NCBI GenBank assembly: GCA_934162425.1
Contig: CAKPIS010000004.1
Location: 12,821-76,820, forward strand
DNA: 64,000 nucleotides
Source of the DNA: an uncultured Bacilli bacterium
GTDB taxonomy: Bacteria; Bacillota_I; Bacilli_A; RF39; UBA660
Direction of reading: 5' to 3'
Shown: positions 50,676-60,949 of the stretch, one piece after another
How the letters are laid out: each line of letters opens with the position of its first letter
Numbering within the stretch: position 1 is the stretch's first letter
The notes under the pieces: model-generated
What the model was told of the DNA's origin: nothing
Seen by the model: only the letters and a program-made list of their open reading frames with translations
The model's database searches: none
Position numbers and translations under genes: made by a program

Positions 50676-51614
50676 CTAAAGGTTAATAAAGAAATTTTTT
50701 AACCCTATTTTTTTGTCTATTTTACCACTTTTTATTTTAAAATCTAAACTATGTAACTGTTTTATAATATTTTTAAGTTCATATGTCATATAATCAGTTT
50801 CTAGTGCAAGCTTAACTCTATATGGGTGAACATTTAATAAATTAGCTATAGATTTTTGATCATAATTAGATTCATTAAGTAATTTACACTGATAAACTAA
50901 TATAAACTGATTGGCTATTAAAGATAATATTTTTATTTCATCTTCTCCAACTGTTATTAAGTCATTATACACACTAAATATTTTATCAAAATCTTTCTTC
51001 ATAATAGCATCAGTTAAATCAAAAACATTGTCATTAAATCCTTTAGAACAGATATTATTTATATCATCTATAGTAATTAGTTTATCACTATCTTTATATA
51101 TAATCATTTTATTTATTTCACTAATAATTATATCTATATTTTTTCCAACATAAGAAACAAAATAATTAGCAGTTTTAATGTCTAATTTAAATCCTTCTTT
51201 TTTAAATTCATTTAAAACAAAACTATATAAATTCTTATCATCTATATCTCCAAAAGATATTACTTTAGCCCTATCTTTAAATAATTTAACTATCTTTTTT
51301 CTATCATCTAACTTTTCTTTTAATACATAAAAAATGGTTATATTTTCATGATTATCATCTTTTAAATATTTTTCAAGATAAGTTAAATCATGATTAATGG
51401 TAGTATCAAAACTAGTTAAAAAAAGTGCATTTTCCCCTATCAAAACTTTCTTACCACTAAATAAAGAAATGCAAGATGCATCATCTAATAAATCATCTAC
51501 TTTAGTATTTGATAAGTCATATTTTACAACATCTAATGTATCTTCTTTTATTTTATCTATCTCTCTTTTAATAAGTGAATAATTACTTCCATAAATTAAA
51601 TATACGTTATTCAA
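50676..51614 (-). CDS. holA: DNA polymerase III delta subunit
   Basis: Size and HolA-like N-terminus (VYLIYGSNYSLIKREIDKI). Confidence 0.65.
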   Translation of the reverse strand: MNNVYLIYGSNYSLIKREIDKIKEDTLDVVKYDLSNTKVDDLLDDASCISLFSGKKVLIGENALFLTSFDTTINHDLTYLEKYLKDDNHENITIFYVLKEKLDDRKKIVKLFKDRAKVISFGDIDDKNLYSFVLNEFKKEGFKLDIKTANYFVSYVGKNIDIIISEINKMIIYKDSDKLITIDDINNICSKGFNDNVFDLTDAIMKKDFDKIFSVYNDLITVGEDEIKILSLIANQFILVYQCKLLNESNYDQKSIANLLNVHPYRVKLALETDYMTYELKNIIKQLHSLDFKIKSGKIDKKIGLKNFFINL

Positions 51615-51727
51615 TGTAAATCACCTTACTTTTTTATTATACATTATAATTATACAAAAACAAACAAATATTGGTCAACGTATTTTTTGATTTTTAGAGC
51701 ACTTTCCTATTATATAAAAAAAAGAAA

Positions 51728-52276
51728 CTATGCAAGTTTCTCTAATAATTCTGCTTTTTTCATTGAAGTATATCCTTCAATTTTCTTTTCTTTTGCCATA
51801 GCTTTTAATTCAGCTACTGTTAATTTTGATAAGTCTTTTGCTTCTTTTTTAGCTTCAGTTTTAGTTTCTTTTTTAACTGTTTTTTTTACTTCTTTTGCTT
51901 TTTCTTCTTTAGGCATTTTACCATCTAGTGCATCTTTTGCTATAACTACTAAATCAGAGAATGCTTTTGGTGAATCAATAGCTATTTCTGCTAACATCTT
52001 ACGATTTACTACAACTCCTGCTTTTGTTAAACCATTTATAAATCTTGAATAACTAATTTCATTTTCACGACATGCTGCATTAATACGAACTATCCATAAT
52101 TTTCTAAAATTACGTTTGTTTTGTTTTCTATCTCTATAAGCATATACATATGAATGCATAACTTGTTCTTTAGCTGTTTTAAATAAACGATGTTTACTTC
52201 CAAAATATCCTTTAGCTTGTTTTAATATCTTCTTACGGCGAGCTTTTGTAGTAGCTCCATTTTTTACTCTTGCCAT
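51728..52276 (-). CDS. rplT: Ribosomal protein L20 with a C-terminal Lys/Glu-rich linker and Rho_N/SAP-like domain
   Basis: Canonical L20 sequence runs to about residue 117. It is followed by about 65 aa, ...[21 protein letters not shown] and then [34 protein letters not shown]. Confidence 0.8.
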   Translation of the reverse strand: MARVKNGATTKARRKKILKQAKGYFGSKHRLFKTAKEQVMHSYVYAYRDRKQNKRNFRKLWIVRINAACRENEISYSRFINGLTKAGVVVNRKMLAEIAIDSPKAFSDLVVIAKDALDGKMPKEEKAKEVKKTVKKETKTEAKKEAKDLSKLTVAELKAMAKEKKIEGYTSMKKAELLEKLA

Positions 52277-52305
52277 TATTTATTTCCTCCTTAATTACTT
52301 CTTTA

Positions 52306-52509
52306 TTATAATGTATCAATTATTCTCTTTAATCTGTTTTTGTCAGCACTAGAAAGGTTAGAACCTGCTCTTGCTTTTCTATTAAAGTTTGTAGTCTTTG
52401 AACCAGTATTATGTCTTGATCCTGGTTTACCTACTGTTATTGAACCACTTTGTCTTACATTTAAAACTTTCTTTGTTCCTTTATGAGTTTTTTGTGTTTT
52501 CTTTGCCAT
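52306..52509 (-). CDS. rpmI: Ribosomal protein L35
   Basis: 67 aa, highly basic (MAKKTQKTHKGTKK...). It sits at the infC-rpmI-rplT operon position. Confidence 0.75.
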   Translation of the reverse strand: MAKKTQKTHKGTKKVLNVRQSGSITVGKPGSRHNTGSKTTNFNRKARAGSNLSSADKNRLKRIIDTL

Positions 52510-52530
52510 AATATTCCTCCTACTTTATAA

Positions 52531-53055
52531 CTATTTTTTTATTGGACTTAAATTTGCTGTCATACTTCTTCCATCTAAAACTGGATTTCCATCAAGGCTA
52601 GATATATCACTTAATTCATTTGCGAATTTCATAAGTACATCACGTCCCTTATCAGTAAACTGCATTTCACGTCCTCTAAATCTTATTGATAACTTAATTT
52701 TATGACCTTTTTCAAGATATTTTCTTACGTTAACTAACTTTGTATTAAAATCATGCACATCGATATTAGGAGATAACCTATATTCTTTTGTTTCAACATT
52801 ATTTTCTTTTTGCTTTTTCTGAGATTCTTTTAATTTTTTCTTTTTTTCATATTTAAACTTATTATAATCCATAAGTTTACATACTGGCATATCACCTTTT
52901 TCATTAATTAAAACTAAATCAAAACCAGCATATGAAGCTAATGTCAAAGCTTCATCTTTAGATTTAACTCCAAGTTGTTCACCCTTAGGTCCAATTACTA
53001 GCATTTGTTTGGCTCTTATTTGCTCATTAATTGGCATTTCTTTTTCTTTTGCTAT
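52531..53055 (-). CDS. infC: Translation initiation factor IF-3, with an AUA start codon
   Basis: IF3 sequence (INEQIRAKQMLVIGPKGEQLGV). GGAGGTG RBS sits 7 nt upstream of ATA at 53055. Confidence 0.9.
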   Translation of the reverse strand: MAKEKEMPINEQIRAKQMLVIGPKGEQLGVKSKDEALTLASYAGFDLVLINEKGDMPVCKLMDYNKFKYEKKKKLKESQKKQKENNVETKEYRLSPNIDVHDFNTKLVNVRKYLEKGHKIKLSIRFRGREMQFTDKGRDVLMKFANELSDISSLDGNPVLDGRSMTANLSPIKK

Positions 53056-53254
53056 ATTAAAGCACCTCCATAATAAAAAGTGAATACAAGAGAAGTATCC
53101 ACCTTAAAAACGCTATTAAATTATATCTATTTACTTTGGCGTTTAACCCATTACTCTAGTAATCAGGTGAGATAAATACTAATCTTCTTTCCTTCTATAT
53201 CAAAATTACGTTAACTAGTATACAATATATTTTACGTTTTGTAAAGTATTTTTA

Positions 53255-53875
53255 TTACTTTAATTCATTAATTTGTTTTGTATAATTATCACTATTTGTT
53301 ATGAAAGAACCAGCTACAACAATATCACAACCTGCATATTTACATAAACTTACGGTTTTATTATTTACACCACCATCTATACTTATTATTAAGTCTTTAG
53401 GAGCTAATTTTTTAAAATTAATTATTTTGTCTACTACTTCTTCCTTAAACTCTTGACCACCTTCTCCAGGTGTAACACTCATAAATAATACAAGATCAAT
53501 ATCATCTACATACTGGGTCAACTTATCTATTTTTGTTTCTGGATTAATAGCAAGTCCTACTTTTATACCATGACTTTTAACATAATCAATTATCTTAAAA
53601 TCATCAATTACTTCAACATGAAAAGTTAACATATCTGGTTTTAATAAAGCATATTCTTTAATTAAATATAGGTCTTCTACCATTAAATGCAAATCTATTT
53701 TCTTTTTACTAATACTAATTATATCTTTTACCATTTCTTTAGTAAATTTAGTATTATTAACAAACTTGCCATCCATTACATCAATATGTAAAAAGTCCGC
53801 ATTAGAATCATTTACTTTTTTTACAGCATTAATTAATCTGTCATATTCTTTTAATATTGATACTGAAACTTTCAT
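53255..53875 (-). CDS. rpe: Ribulose-phosphate 3-epimerase
   Basis: LHIDVMDGKFVNN motif. Confidence 0.9.
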   Translation of the reverse strand: MKVSVSILKEYDRLINAVKKVNDSNADFLHIDVMDGKFVNNTKFTKEMVKDIISISKKKIDLHLMVEDLYLIKEYALLKPDMLTFHVEVIDDFKIIDYVKSHGIKVGLAINPETKIDKLTQYVDDIDLVLFMSVTPGEGGQEFKEEVVDKIINFKKLAPKDLIISIDGGVNNKTVSLCKYAGCDIVVAGSFITNSDNYTKQINELK

Positions 53876-53878
53876 ATT

Positions 53879-54724
53879 TTACCTCTTATTTTGATTTATT
53901 TGTTCTATAAATTTTTTATAGTTATCATATCTAGAATCTAATATAGTTTTTTCTTTTAACATTTCTTTTATATAACAACCATCTTCTTTTATATGCATAC
54001 AATCTTGATATTTACATTTATCTTGATTTTCATAAAATTCTATAAAGTTATCTTTTATATCGTTTTTATTCATACCTATAAAATCAAGAGAAGAAAAACC
54101 AGGTGTATCTGCAACTAAACCATCTTCTATTTTAAGTAATTCAACATGTCTTGTTGTATGTCTTCCTCTACCTAATGCTTTAGAAATTTCTCCAGTTTTT
54201 AAGTTAAGATTTTCTTTTAAACGATTTAGTAAAGATGATTTACCAACACCAGTTTGACCTGTTAAAACGCTTACCTTTTTATTTAAAATATTTTTAATAT
54301 TATCTATTTCATCATTTATAAATACATCATATCCTATTTTTTTATAATATTCTATTACACTATCAATGTAAGTTTTATCTTCTAATAAATCATATTTAGT
54401 AAAACAAATAATAGGTTTTATGTTATTGTATTCTATTATAACAAGCATCTTATCAAGTAAGTTACTAGAAAAAGAAGGCTCTATGGTGCTTGTTAATATA
54501 AGAGCTTGATCTATATTAGCAACAGGAGGTCTTATAAGTACGTTTTTTCTTGGTAATATTTTATTAATAACTTTATTTTTTTCATCAACTATAACCAAGT
54601 CACCTACTAAAGGTGACTCTTTTAAATACTTAAATTTACCTATGCATGAGCATTCTAATAATAATCCATTATCAGTTAAAACAGTCCATTTATTACTTAT
54701 TAATTTAATTACTCTTCCTTGCAT
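53879..54724 (-). CDS. rsgA: Ribosome small-subunit-dependent GTPase A
   Basis: GQTGVGKSSLLN G1 motif, C-terminal zinc finger, OB-fold N-terminus. Confidence 0.9.
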   Translation of the reverse strand: MQGRVIKLISNKWTVLTDNGLLLECSCIGKFKYLKESPLVGDLVIVDEKNKVINKILPRKNVLIRPPVANIDQALILTSTIEPSFSSNLLDKMLVIIEYNNIKPIICFTKYDLLEDKTYIDSVIEYYKKIGYDVFINDEIDNIKNILNKKVSVLTGQTGVGKSSLLNRLKENLNLKTGEISKALGRGRHTTRHVELLKIEDGLVADTPGFSSLDFIGMNKNDIKDNFIEFYENQDKCKYQDCMHIKEDGCYIKEMLKEKTILDSRYDNYKKFIEQINQNKR

Positions 54725-54726
54725 AT

Positions 54727-56511
54727 TTACCTTTCTTCAGTTTTTTCATCTGTCTTCACACTAGATGTATTACCTGTTTGTGTAGTTGTATCTTTTTTAG
54801 ATTCTGCAGTTGTTGTAACAGGCTTTTTAGACACTGTTATTTTAAGAGTATCCTTCTTAAATATCTCTTCCCCTGGTTTTGGAGATTGTGCTAAAACGGT
54901 ATTTTCATCTACGCCATCTTTTTCCATAGGTATAACCTTTAAAGTTAAACCATACTTTTCACAAAATTCTTGAGCTCTATCTAAAGACCAAGCATCTGTT
55001 ACCATATCTGGATACTTATTAACTATTTTAGGTATATATAATGTAACTTTCTCACCAGATGCAACCTTTGTACCACTTTTTGCACTTTGATCTATTATTA
55101 ACTGTTCTTTTCCTTCATACTTAGTAGAATCATCTACTTCTTTTTCTTCTATATTAACTACTATACCACTAAGCTCTAACTTAGCTTTAACTTCATATGC
55201 ATTTTGACCAACATAATCTTCCATAGAAAGTTTAGTAGAACCAGTAGAATAAATTATTGTAATTACAGTATTTTTCTTAGCATATCTATTTTTTGTTGGA
55301 TTAGTTTCTATTACTAAATTATTATCAACTTCATCACTTGCTTTTCCTTTAGAATTAATCTTAAATCCTGTTTTTTTAAGTAAAGCCTCAGCCTTTGATA
55401 TCTCCATTCCATATACATCAGGAATTTTTATATCTTTAGATGCAGATATTTTAGGAAAAACTAATACCACTAGAACTAAAATTAAAATAAATACAAATAT
55501 TAATGATGCTATTAACATTATTTTTTTATTATTACTCTTTTCTTCTTTTTCTTCATTTGTAATTTGTTTTACAACTGGTTTATCTTCTTTTTCTGTCTTT
55601 TTACTTTCTTTTACACTATTAATTGCCCTAGTATCTGAAAAGTCCGTTTCTGGATACTTAAATACTATTTTTTCTTCATCTTTTCTATCCTCATCTAAAC
55701 ATGTTTTAATATCTTCTGCCATAGCTCTTGCATCACGATATCTATTCTTTGGATTTTTAGCTGCTGCTTTTAAAATAATATTTTCAACTGATTGTGGAAT
55801 TACAGGATTAAGTTCTTTTGGACTTGGTAATTCTTCTTTCATATGTTTTAAAGCTATCTCAACTGCTGTATCACCTCTAAAAGGCATTTTACCAGTTAAC
55901 ATTTCAAACATTAAAATACCAAGAGAATATATATCACTTCTAATAGTAGACCCTTTTCCACTAGCTTGTTCTGGTGGAAGATAATGGACAGATCCCATAA
56001 CTGAATTAGTTTGTGTAAGCTGTGCACTATTTAAAGCCATAGCTATACCAAAATCTGTTATCTTAACTAACCCACTATCTTTAATCATTATATTTTGAGG
56101 TTTAATATCTCTATGAATAATATAAGAATCATGAGCTGTTGCAAGTGCATCTAGTAATTGAAGCATAATATCCATAACCTCTGGAAGTGATAAAACCCCA
56201 CGTTTTTTAATTAGTTGCTTTAACGTTTTACCTTCAATATATTCCATTACTATGTAAAAATTACCCTCATCTTCACCAACATCATATATTTCAACTATAT
56301 TAGGATGTGAAAGTGATGATGCTGAAAGTGCTTCTCTTTGAAATCTTCTAACAAATTTTTCATCACCAGCAAGATCTCCTCTTAAAACTTTAACAGCTAC
56401 TTTTCTTCCTAATATTGTATCAGTTGCTAAATAAACATTAGCCATACCACCTTCGCCTATTAATTTTTCAATTTCATAACGATCACTAATTTTTTGCCCC
56501 TTTGTAATCAT
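54727..56511 (-). CDS. prkC: Ser/Thr protein kinase with PASTA repeats
   Basis: Kinase subdomains (HRDIKPQN, DFGIA), a TM segment, and extracellular PASTA repeats. Confidence 0.9.
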   Translation of the reverse strand: MITKGQKISDRYEIEKLIGEGGMANVYLATDTILGRKVAVKVLRGDLAGDEKFVRRFQREALSASSLSHPNIVEIYDVGEDEGNFYIVMEYIEGKTLKQLIKKRGVLSLPEVMDIMLQLLDALATAHDSYIIHRDIKPQNIMIKDSGLVKITDFGIAMALNSAQLTQTNSVMGSVHYLPPEQASGKGSTIRSDIYSLGILMFEMLTGKMPFRGDTAVEIALKHMKEELPSPKELNPVIPQSVENIILKAAAKNPKNRYRDARAMAEDIKTCLDEDRKDEEKIVFKYPETDFSDTRAINSVKESKKTEKEDKPVVKQITNEEKEEKSNNKKIMLIASLIFVFILILVLVVLVFPKISASKDIKIPDVYGMEISKAEALLKKTGFKINSKGKASDEVDNNLVIETNPTKNRYAKKNTVITIIYSTGSTKLSMEDYVGQNAYEVKAKLELSGIVVNIEEKEVDDSTKYEGKEQLIIDQSAKSGTKVASGEKVTLYIPKIVNKYPDMVTDAWSLDRAQEFCEKYGLTLKVIPMEKDGVDENTVLAQSPKPGEEIFKKDTLKITVSKKPVTTTAESKKDTTTQTGNTSSVKTDEKTEER

Positions 56512-57251
56512 TTATCTTCACCACTTTCTCTTTCTAAGTAAGCAATAGAAACATTATCAGTTCCACCCCTTAAATTACTTTTTCTAACTAATTTAACTAT
56601 TTTTTCTTCTAATGATAAATCACTATTTAATACTTTTTCAATTTGTCCTTTAGTAAGCATATTAGTAAGTCCATCACTACATAATAATATAGCATCACTA
56701 TTAATATCAACATCAAATATATCAACATCTATAGGATTATTAGCTCCAAGTGCTCTCATAAGTACATTCTTTCTTGGATGATTAACAGCTTCTTCTTTTG
56801 TTAATTCACCAGATTCTACTAATAAATTTACTAAAGTATGATCTTTAGTTACTTTGTATAGTACTTTTTTCTTCATTACAAAACCAGATGAATCACCAAC
56901 GTTTCCAAATAATATATAATCATCTGTTATAACTGATAATACTAAAGTAGTACCCATTCCTTTACTTGCAGGAAATTCATCAGTATATTTAAAAATTGCA
57001 TCATTAAGCTTACTAGCATTTTTTCTTATCCAACTAACAGCTTCTTCTTTAGTACCTATATCTTCTAAATTTTTAAATTCTTCTGTAAATCCATTAACTA
57101 CTATAGACGATGCAACTTCTCCAGCCTTATGACCACCCATTCCATCTGCAACAATCATAAGATACTGTCCAGATAAATTTTTAACTATCATTACTGAATC
57201 TTCATTATGAGTTCTAACTTTTCCAGTATCTGTTATGTAATATGCTTTCAT
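56508..57251 (-). CDS. stp: PP2C-family Ser/Thr phosphatase
   Basis: ADGMGGH and DG...DN motifs. Overlaps prkC by 4 nt. Confidence 0.85.
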   Translation of the reverse strand: MKAYYITDTGKVRTHNEDSVMIVKNLSGQYLMIVADGMGGHKAGEVASSIVVNGFTEEFKNLEDIGTKEEAVSWIRKNASKLNDAIFKYTDEFPASKGMGTTLVLSVITDDYILFGNVGDSSGFVMKKKVLYKVTKDHTLVNLLVESGELTKEEAVNHPRKNVLMRALGANNPIDVDIFDVDINSDAILLCSDGLTNMLTKGQIEKVLNSDLSLEEKIVKLVRKSNLRGGTDNVSIAYLERESGEDK

Positions 57252-57253
57252 AA

Positions 57254-58294
57254 TTATTTCTCCATTTCATTTATTTGTTCACTACGAAGCTGTCCACATG
57301 CTGCTGACACCTTTCTTCCAAATTCTCTTCTTATTGTTACATTTATACCTTGCATCTTTAATATATCATAAAACTCATCAATTGTCACTTTACTACTAGC
57401 TTTAAATCCTATATTACTAGTTTCATTATATGGAATTAAATTAACATAACAATTTAAGTTTTTAAGCTTTGATGCTAATTCGTAAGCACAATCTTTACTA
57501 TCATTAATATCCTTTAATAATATATATTCAAAAGTAACACGTCTATTAGTTTCCTTTATGTAATCTTTAACTGCATCCATTATATCATTAATTTTATATG
57601 CTTTATTAATTGGCATTATTTTATTTCTTATTTCATCTGTTGGTGCATGAAGACTAATTGCTAAATTAACACCAAGCTTTTCTTTAGCAAATTCTCTTAT
57701 TTTAGGAACAACTCCACAAGTTGACACAGTAATATGTCTAATACCTATATTAATTCCTTTAGGATCATTTATTATATTAATAAACTTCATAACATTATCA
57801 TAGTTATCAAATGGTTCACCAATCCCCATTAAAACAACATGACTTATTCTCATCTTTATATCTTCTTCTACTTTTAAAACTTGCATAACAAGTTCATATG
57901 CATAAAGATTTCTTTTTTTCTTTAATCTTCCACTTTCACAAAATGAACATCCCATATTGCATCCAACTTGTGATGATACACATAAACTATTACCATAATC
58001 ATGTTTCATTAAAACAGCTTCTATCAATTTACCATCAAACAATTCAAATAAGTACTTTTTAACATCAACATCTTCTTGTTTTTTAATTATTTTTAATTCA
58101 CCCATACTAAAATTTTCTTTTAAATACTTTATTAAGTCTTTCTTCAAATTAGTCATTAAATCAAAACTCTTAACTCTTTTTATATAAAGCCAGTCAAACA
58201 CTTGCCCGGCTCTAAACTTAGACTCACCAATTTCTTCAAAATAATTTTGTAAATCTTCAAGTGAATAATTGTATATATTGTTCACGAAAAACAC
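57254..58294 (-). CDS. rlmN: 23S rRNA/tRNA m2A methyltransferase RlmN (radical SAM)
   Basis: CNMGCSFCESG motif. 346 aa. Confidence 0.9.
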   Translation of the reverse strand: MFFVNNIYNYSLEDLQNYFEEIGESKFRAGQVFDWLYIKRVKSFDLMTNLKKDLIKYLKENFSMGELKIIKKQEDVDVKKYLFELFDGKLIEAVLMKHDYGNSLCVSSQVGCNMGCSFCESGRLKKKRNLYAYELVMQVLKVEEDIKMRISHVVLMGIGEPFDNYDNVMKFINIINDPKGINIGIRHITVSTCGVVPKIREFAKEKLGVNLAISLHAPTDEIRNKIMPINKAYKINDIMDAVKDYIKETNRRVTFEYILLKDINDSKDCAYELASKLKNLNCYVNLIPYNETSNIGFKASSKVTIDEFYDILKMQGINVTIRREFGRKVSAACGQLRSEQINEMEK

Positions 58295-58451
58295 TTCCTT
58301 TTAACTAGTAAGTATTATATCAAATTAATAATAAAAGGTTAACTAGTTTGCATGTAAATATAAGCAAATTTTAAAGTTTTTCTAACGTTCTTTACACTTT
58401 TTTTAATAATTTATTAAATATTGTTAATAATATTTGTGGAGGATGAAAAAA

Positions 58452-58619
58452 ATGAAAAAAGATAATAAAAAAATAAAATGTGACGTAGAATCTTGCAAAC
58501 ATAATGATTGTGAATGTAAAAACTGCACTTTAGATGAAATAAAAGTAAGTGCACAAGGCGATAAAAAAGAAGCTTGTAAAAAAGAAACAATCTGTGATAG
58601 CTACGAAGAAAAAAAATAG
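58452..58619 (+). CDS. DUF1540-like small Cys-rich protein
   Basis: Two C-x3-C-x-H/C repeats (CDVESCKHNDCEC, CTLDEI...). RBS GGAGGA. Confidence 0.5.
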   Translation: MKKDNKKIKCDVESCKHNDCECKNCTLDEIKVSAQGDKKEACKKETICDSYEEKK

Positions 58620-58633
58620 TTGACTTACAAAAG

Positions 58634-59269
58634 TCAATTATTTTTTATTTTTAAATTTACTTCCAACTCATCTTTAAGCTTTGTCATATCTAATGTAATA
58701 TCTCTATCATTTGTTGAAACTATATTTATATAATAATTATCCATTCTTAACTCATACACATACTGATATACTTTTCCAGCATTTATACCATCAGTTTGTT
58801 TAATTATTTCAAAGACTTCATAATTATCTTTCTTTCTATCTTGAATAATATTTTTAGAATAAATTTTTACACTATCATCATCTGTCTTTAAATAATTAAC
58901 TTTCTTTTTAAAAAACTTACTAGAATTTTCTACATTATCAAATGAAATAAACCCTATAGCATATTCTCCTTCACTACTAGATGCAAATTTAGCTAATACG
59001 CATCCATCATTTTTTAAAGACTCCATATCATATACTTCATTTGAATCATTTTCTATTAACTTATTATCTAATACAAATTTATTATATACATCTTCTATAT
59101 TAACATCTACTTTTTTTTCATTTTTAGTCGTAGTAGTAATAGAAGATGTAATCCTCTTATTTACCTTACTATTCTTTTTCTTATCCCTAATTTTAAAAAA
59201 TAAAGCAGATAAACCAATCAAAACTATAAAACTTATAATTAAAATAACTATTCTCCTATTTTTATTCAT
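58634..59269 (-). CDS. Membrane-anchored hypothetical protein
   Basis: N-terminal TM segment IVILIISFIVLIGLSALFF. 211 aa. Confidence 0.45.
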   Translation of the reverse strand: MNKNRRIVILIISFIVLIGLSALFFKIRDKKKNSKVNKRITSSITTTTKNEKKVDVNIEDVYNKFVLDNKLIENDSNEVYDMESLKNDGCVLAKFASSSEGEYAIGFISFDNVENSSKFFKKKVNYLKTDDDSVKIYSKNIIQDRKKDNYEVFEIIKQTDGINAGKVYQYVYELRMDNYYINIVSTNDRDITLDMTKLKDELEVNLKIKNN

Positions 59270-59364
59270 AACAAAATCCTTTCTACTACATACTTTGATA
59301 ATATCATAAAAGATAGCTTTAATTCAACATTATAAATTAATACCTATAACTTTTTACATATTTC

Positions 59365-59411
59365 TTTACACCAAAAAAGACTATACAAATATCTTTTAAA
59401 GTATAGTCTTT
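59365..59411 (-). terminator. Intrinsic terminator of 59417..60727, also left copy of a 26-nt direct repeat
   Basis: AAAGACTATAC...GTATAGTCTTT 11-bp stem plus T6 on the minus strand. CCAAAAAAGACTATACAAATATCTTT at 59371-59396 is identical to 60957-60982. Confidence 0.55.
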
Positions 59412-59416
59412 ATTTA

Positions 59417-60727
59417 TTATTTAACGTTATAAGTTCTGGTTGCCCACTTATTACCATCTTTATTAACTATTTTGTATCCTTCTGGTTTCCAATTATTAAT
59501 TGATATGCTCTCATCACTATTTCCATTTTTATCTAATAATCTTATGTATACCCTATATGAACTCATATTTTTCTTTTCTAAAGTTATATCTGGTAATGCA
59601 AGGTATATTTTTTCAAAAAACATATTATAATCATATGTTTCATTTAAAACTTCACTGTATTTTGCAGATCCTTTTTTCTTTCCATAAACTTCTAATTGAT
59701 ACTTTTTAAAGTCTTCAGGAGATGCAACATATAATCTCAACTTATTTTCACGTGCTTTTGAATTGATTAATTGAACATAAAATTTATCTTTTTTAACATA
59801 CGTTGAACTATCTTTGTATACAGTTTCAATTACATTTCGCTTAGATGTTCCTAAAGTATCAATATTACAAGCACTCTTATTTTTATACACCTTTACTTGA
59901 TAAGTTAATTTACTATTTTTTTCATTTAGGTTCATCGATTTTATATCAGAAATTTCGTTATTTGAATTTGCTTTTATAAGTTTACAACTACTCTTTCTTG
60001 ATAATTTAGCACCATTTACCTTTGTATCTTTATATAAGAATGTTCTGTAATAATAGTTATTTTCTGAAATATTTTTCAAAAAATATGGAGCAGCTCCAAA
60101 ATAATTATATGACTCACGTGTAACAGTTGGTGTTAAATGATATAAAGGGTCTGGCGTATCACCAATACCACCATATGGTATAAATAAAACACCGCTTTTA
60201 GTTACATCAATAAAAAATCTATCTTCTGTTATAACGTTAGCATTATTATTTAAATCATTTTTAGTTTTATATATACTAAATGAATTAACACTAGAATTTT
60301 GAAGATTTTTAATTTTAACTACTTCACTGCTTTTTGCCTTTACAAAACCTTCTTTAAATGTTTTTCTATATTCTTCTTCATAACTTGTACCTGTCTCTTC
60401 AAAATTAATATACTCAAATTTATAATATATTCCATAATTATTGCTATTTGAAATACGAATGTTTAGTCCATCTTTTGAATATATGTAATTCCAAGACCTA
60501 TCTGCACTTTGTTTTACATTTTTATTTTCTATAATTTCATATGATGCGCCTTTACCAGCATTTCTTACATTTCCACTTATTTTTTTACTACTAAAACTTG
60601 AATTAAGCATATATGCAGTTGATGCTATGGCTACTACTACGGCTAACGTACTTAACACATATACAATTCTTCTTTTTTTGATAGTTTCATTACTTGGTCT
60701 ACCTACACCATTTTTAAATACTCCCAT
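59417..60727 (-). CDS. Secreted or membrane-anchored hypothetical protein (436 aa)
   Basis: N-terminal signal anchor (IVYVLSTLAVVVAIASTAYML). Asn/Lys/Tyr-rich extracytoplasmic region. No motifs recognised. Confidence 0.5.
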   Translation of the reverse strand: MGVFKNGVGRPSNETIKKRRIVYVLSTLAVVVAIASTAYMLNSSFSSKKISGNVRNAGKGASYEIIENKNVKQSADRSWNYIYSKDGLNIRISNSNNYGIYYKFEYINFEETGTSYEEEYRKTFKEGFVKAKSSEVVKIKNLQNSSVNSFSIYKTKNDLNNNANVITEDRFFIDVTKSGVLFIPYGGIGDTPDPLYHLTPTVTRESYNYFGAAPYFLKNISENNYYYRTFLYKDTKVNGAKLSRKSSCKLIKANSNNEISDIKSMNLNEKNSKLTYQVKVYKNKSACNIDTLGTSKRNVIETVYKDSSTYVKKDKFYVQLINSKARENKLRLYVASPEDFKKYQLEVYGKKKGSAKYSEVLNETYDYNMFFEKIYLALPDITLEKKNMSSYRVYIRLLDKNGNSDESISINNWKPEGYKIVNKDGNKWATRTYNVK

Positions 60728-60896
60728 TTTATACTCCTTCTCCTTTTTTATTTTTTGTAAATTATCCTTTACATGCTTATAACTTCATGAAGTTTCATGT
60801 TGGTATCTCACCTTAGGATAACTTGCATATTTATAATTCCCACAAGCCAATGTCAACTTCCTATTGTGGATAATTTACATGTATATAATAACATTA

Positions 60897-60905
60897 CCCC
60901 CCCCC
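60897..60905. repeat. Poly(C)9 homopolymer tract (poly-G on the coding strand of the downstream gene)
   Basis: CCCCCCCCC lies about 170 nt upstream of the 59417..60727 start and 62 nt past the fmt stop. Confidence 0.7.
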
Positions 60906-60949
60906 ATGTCAATATTTCGCCTGTGGAAAACTCTTGCTTTACAAAAAAA

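Noticed and set aside
51687-52052. 121-aa plus-strand ORF antisense to rplT
   Set aside because: It overlaps the ribosomal protein L20 gene, has an Ala/Ser/Phe-rich low-complexity translation and is spurious.
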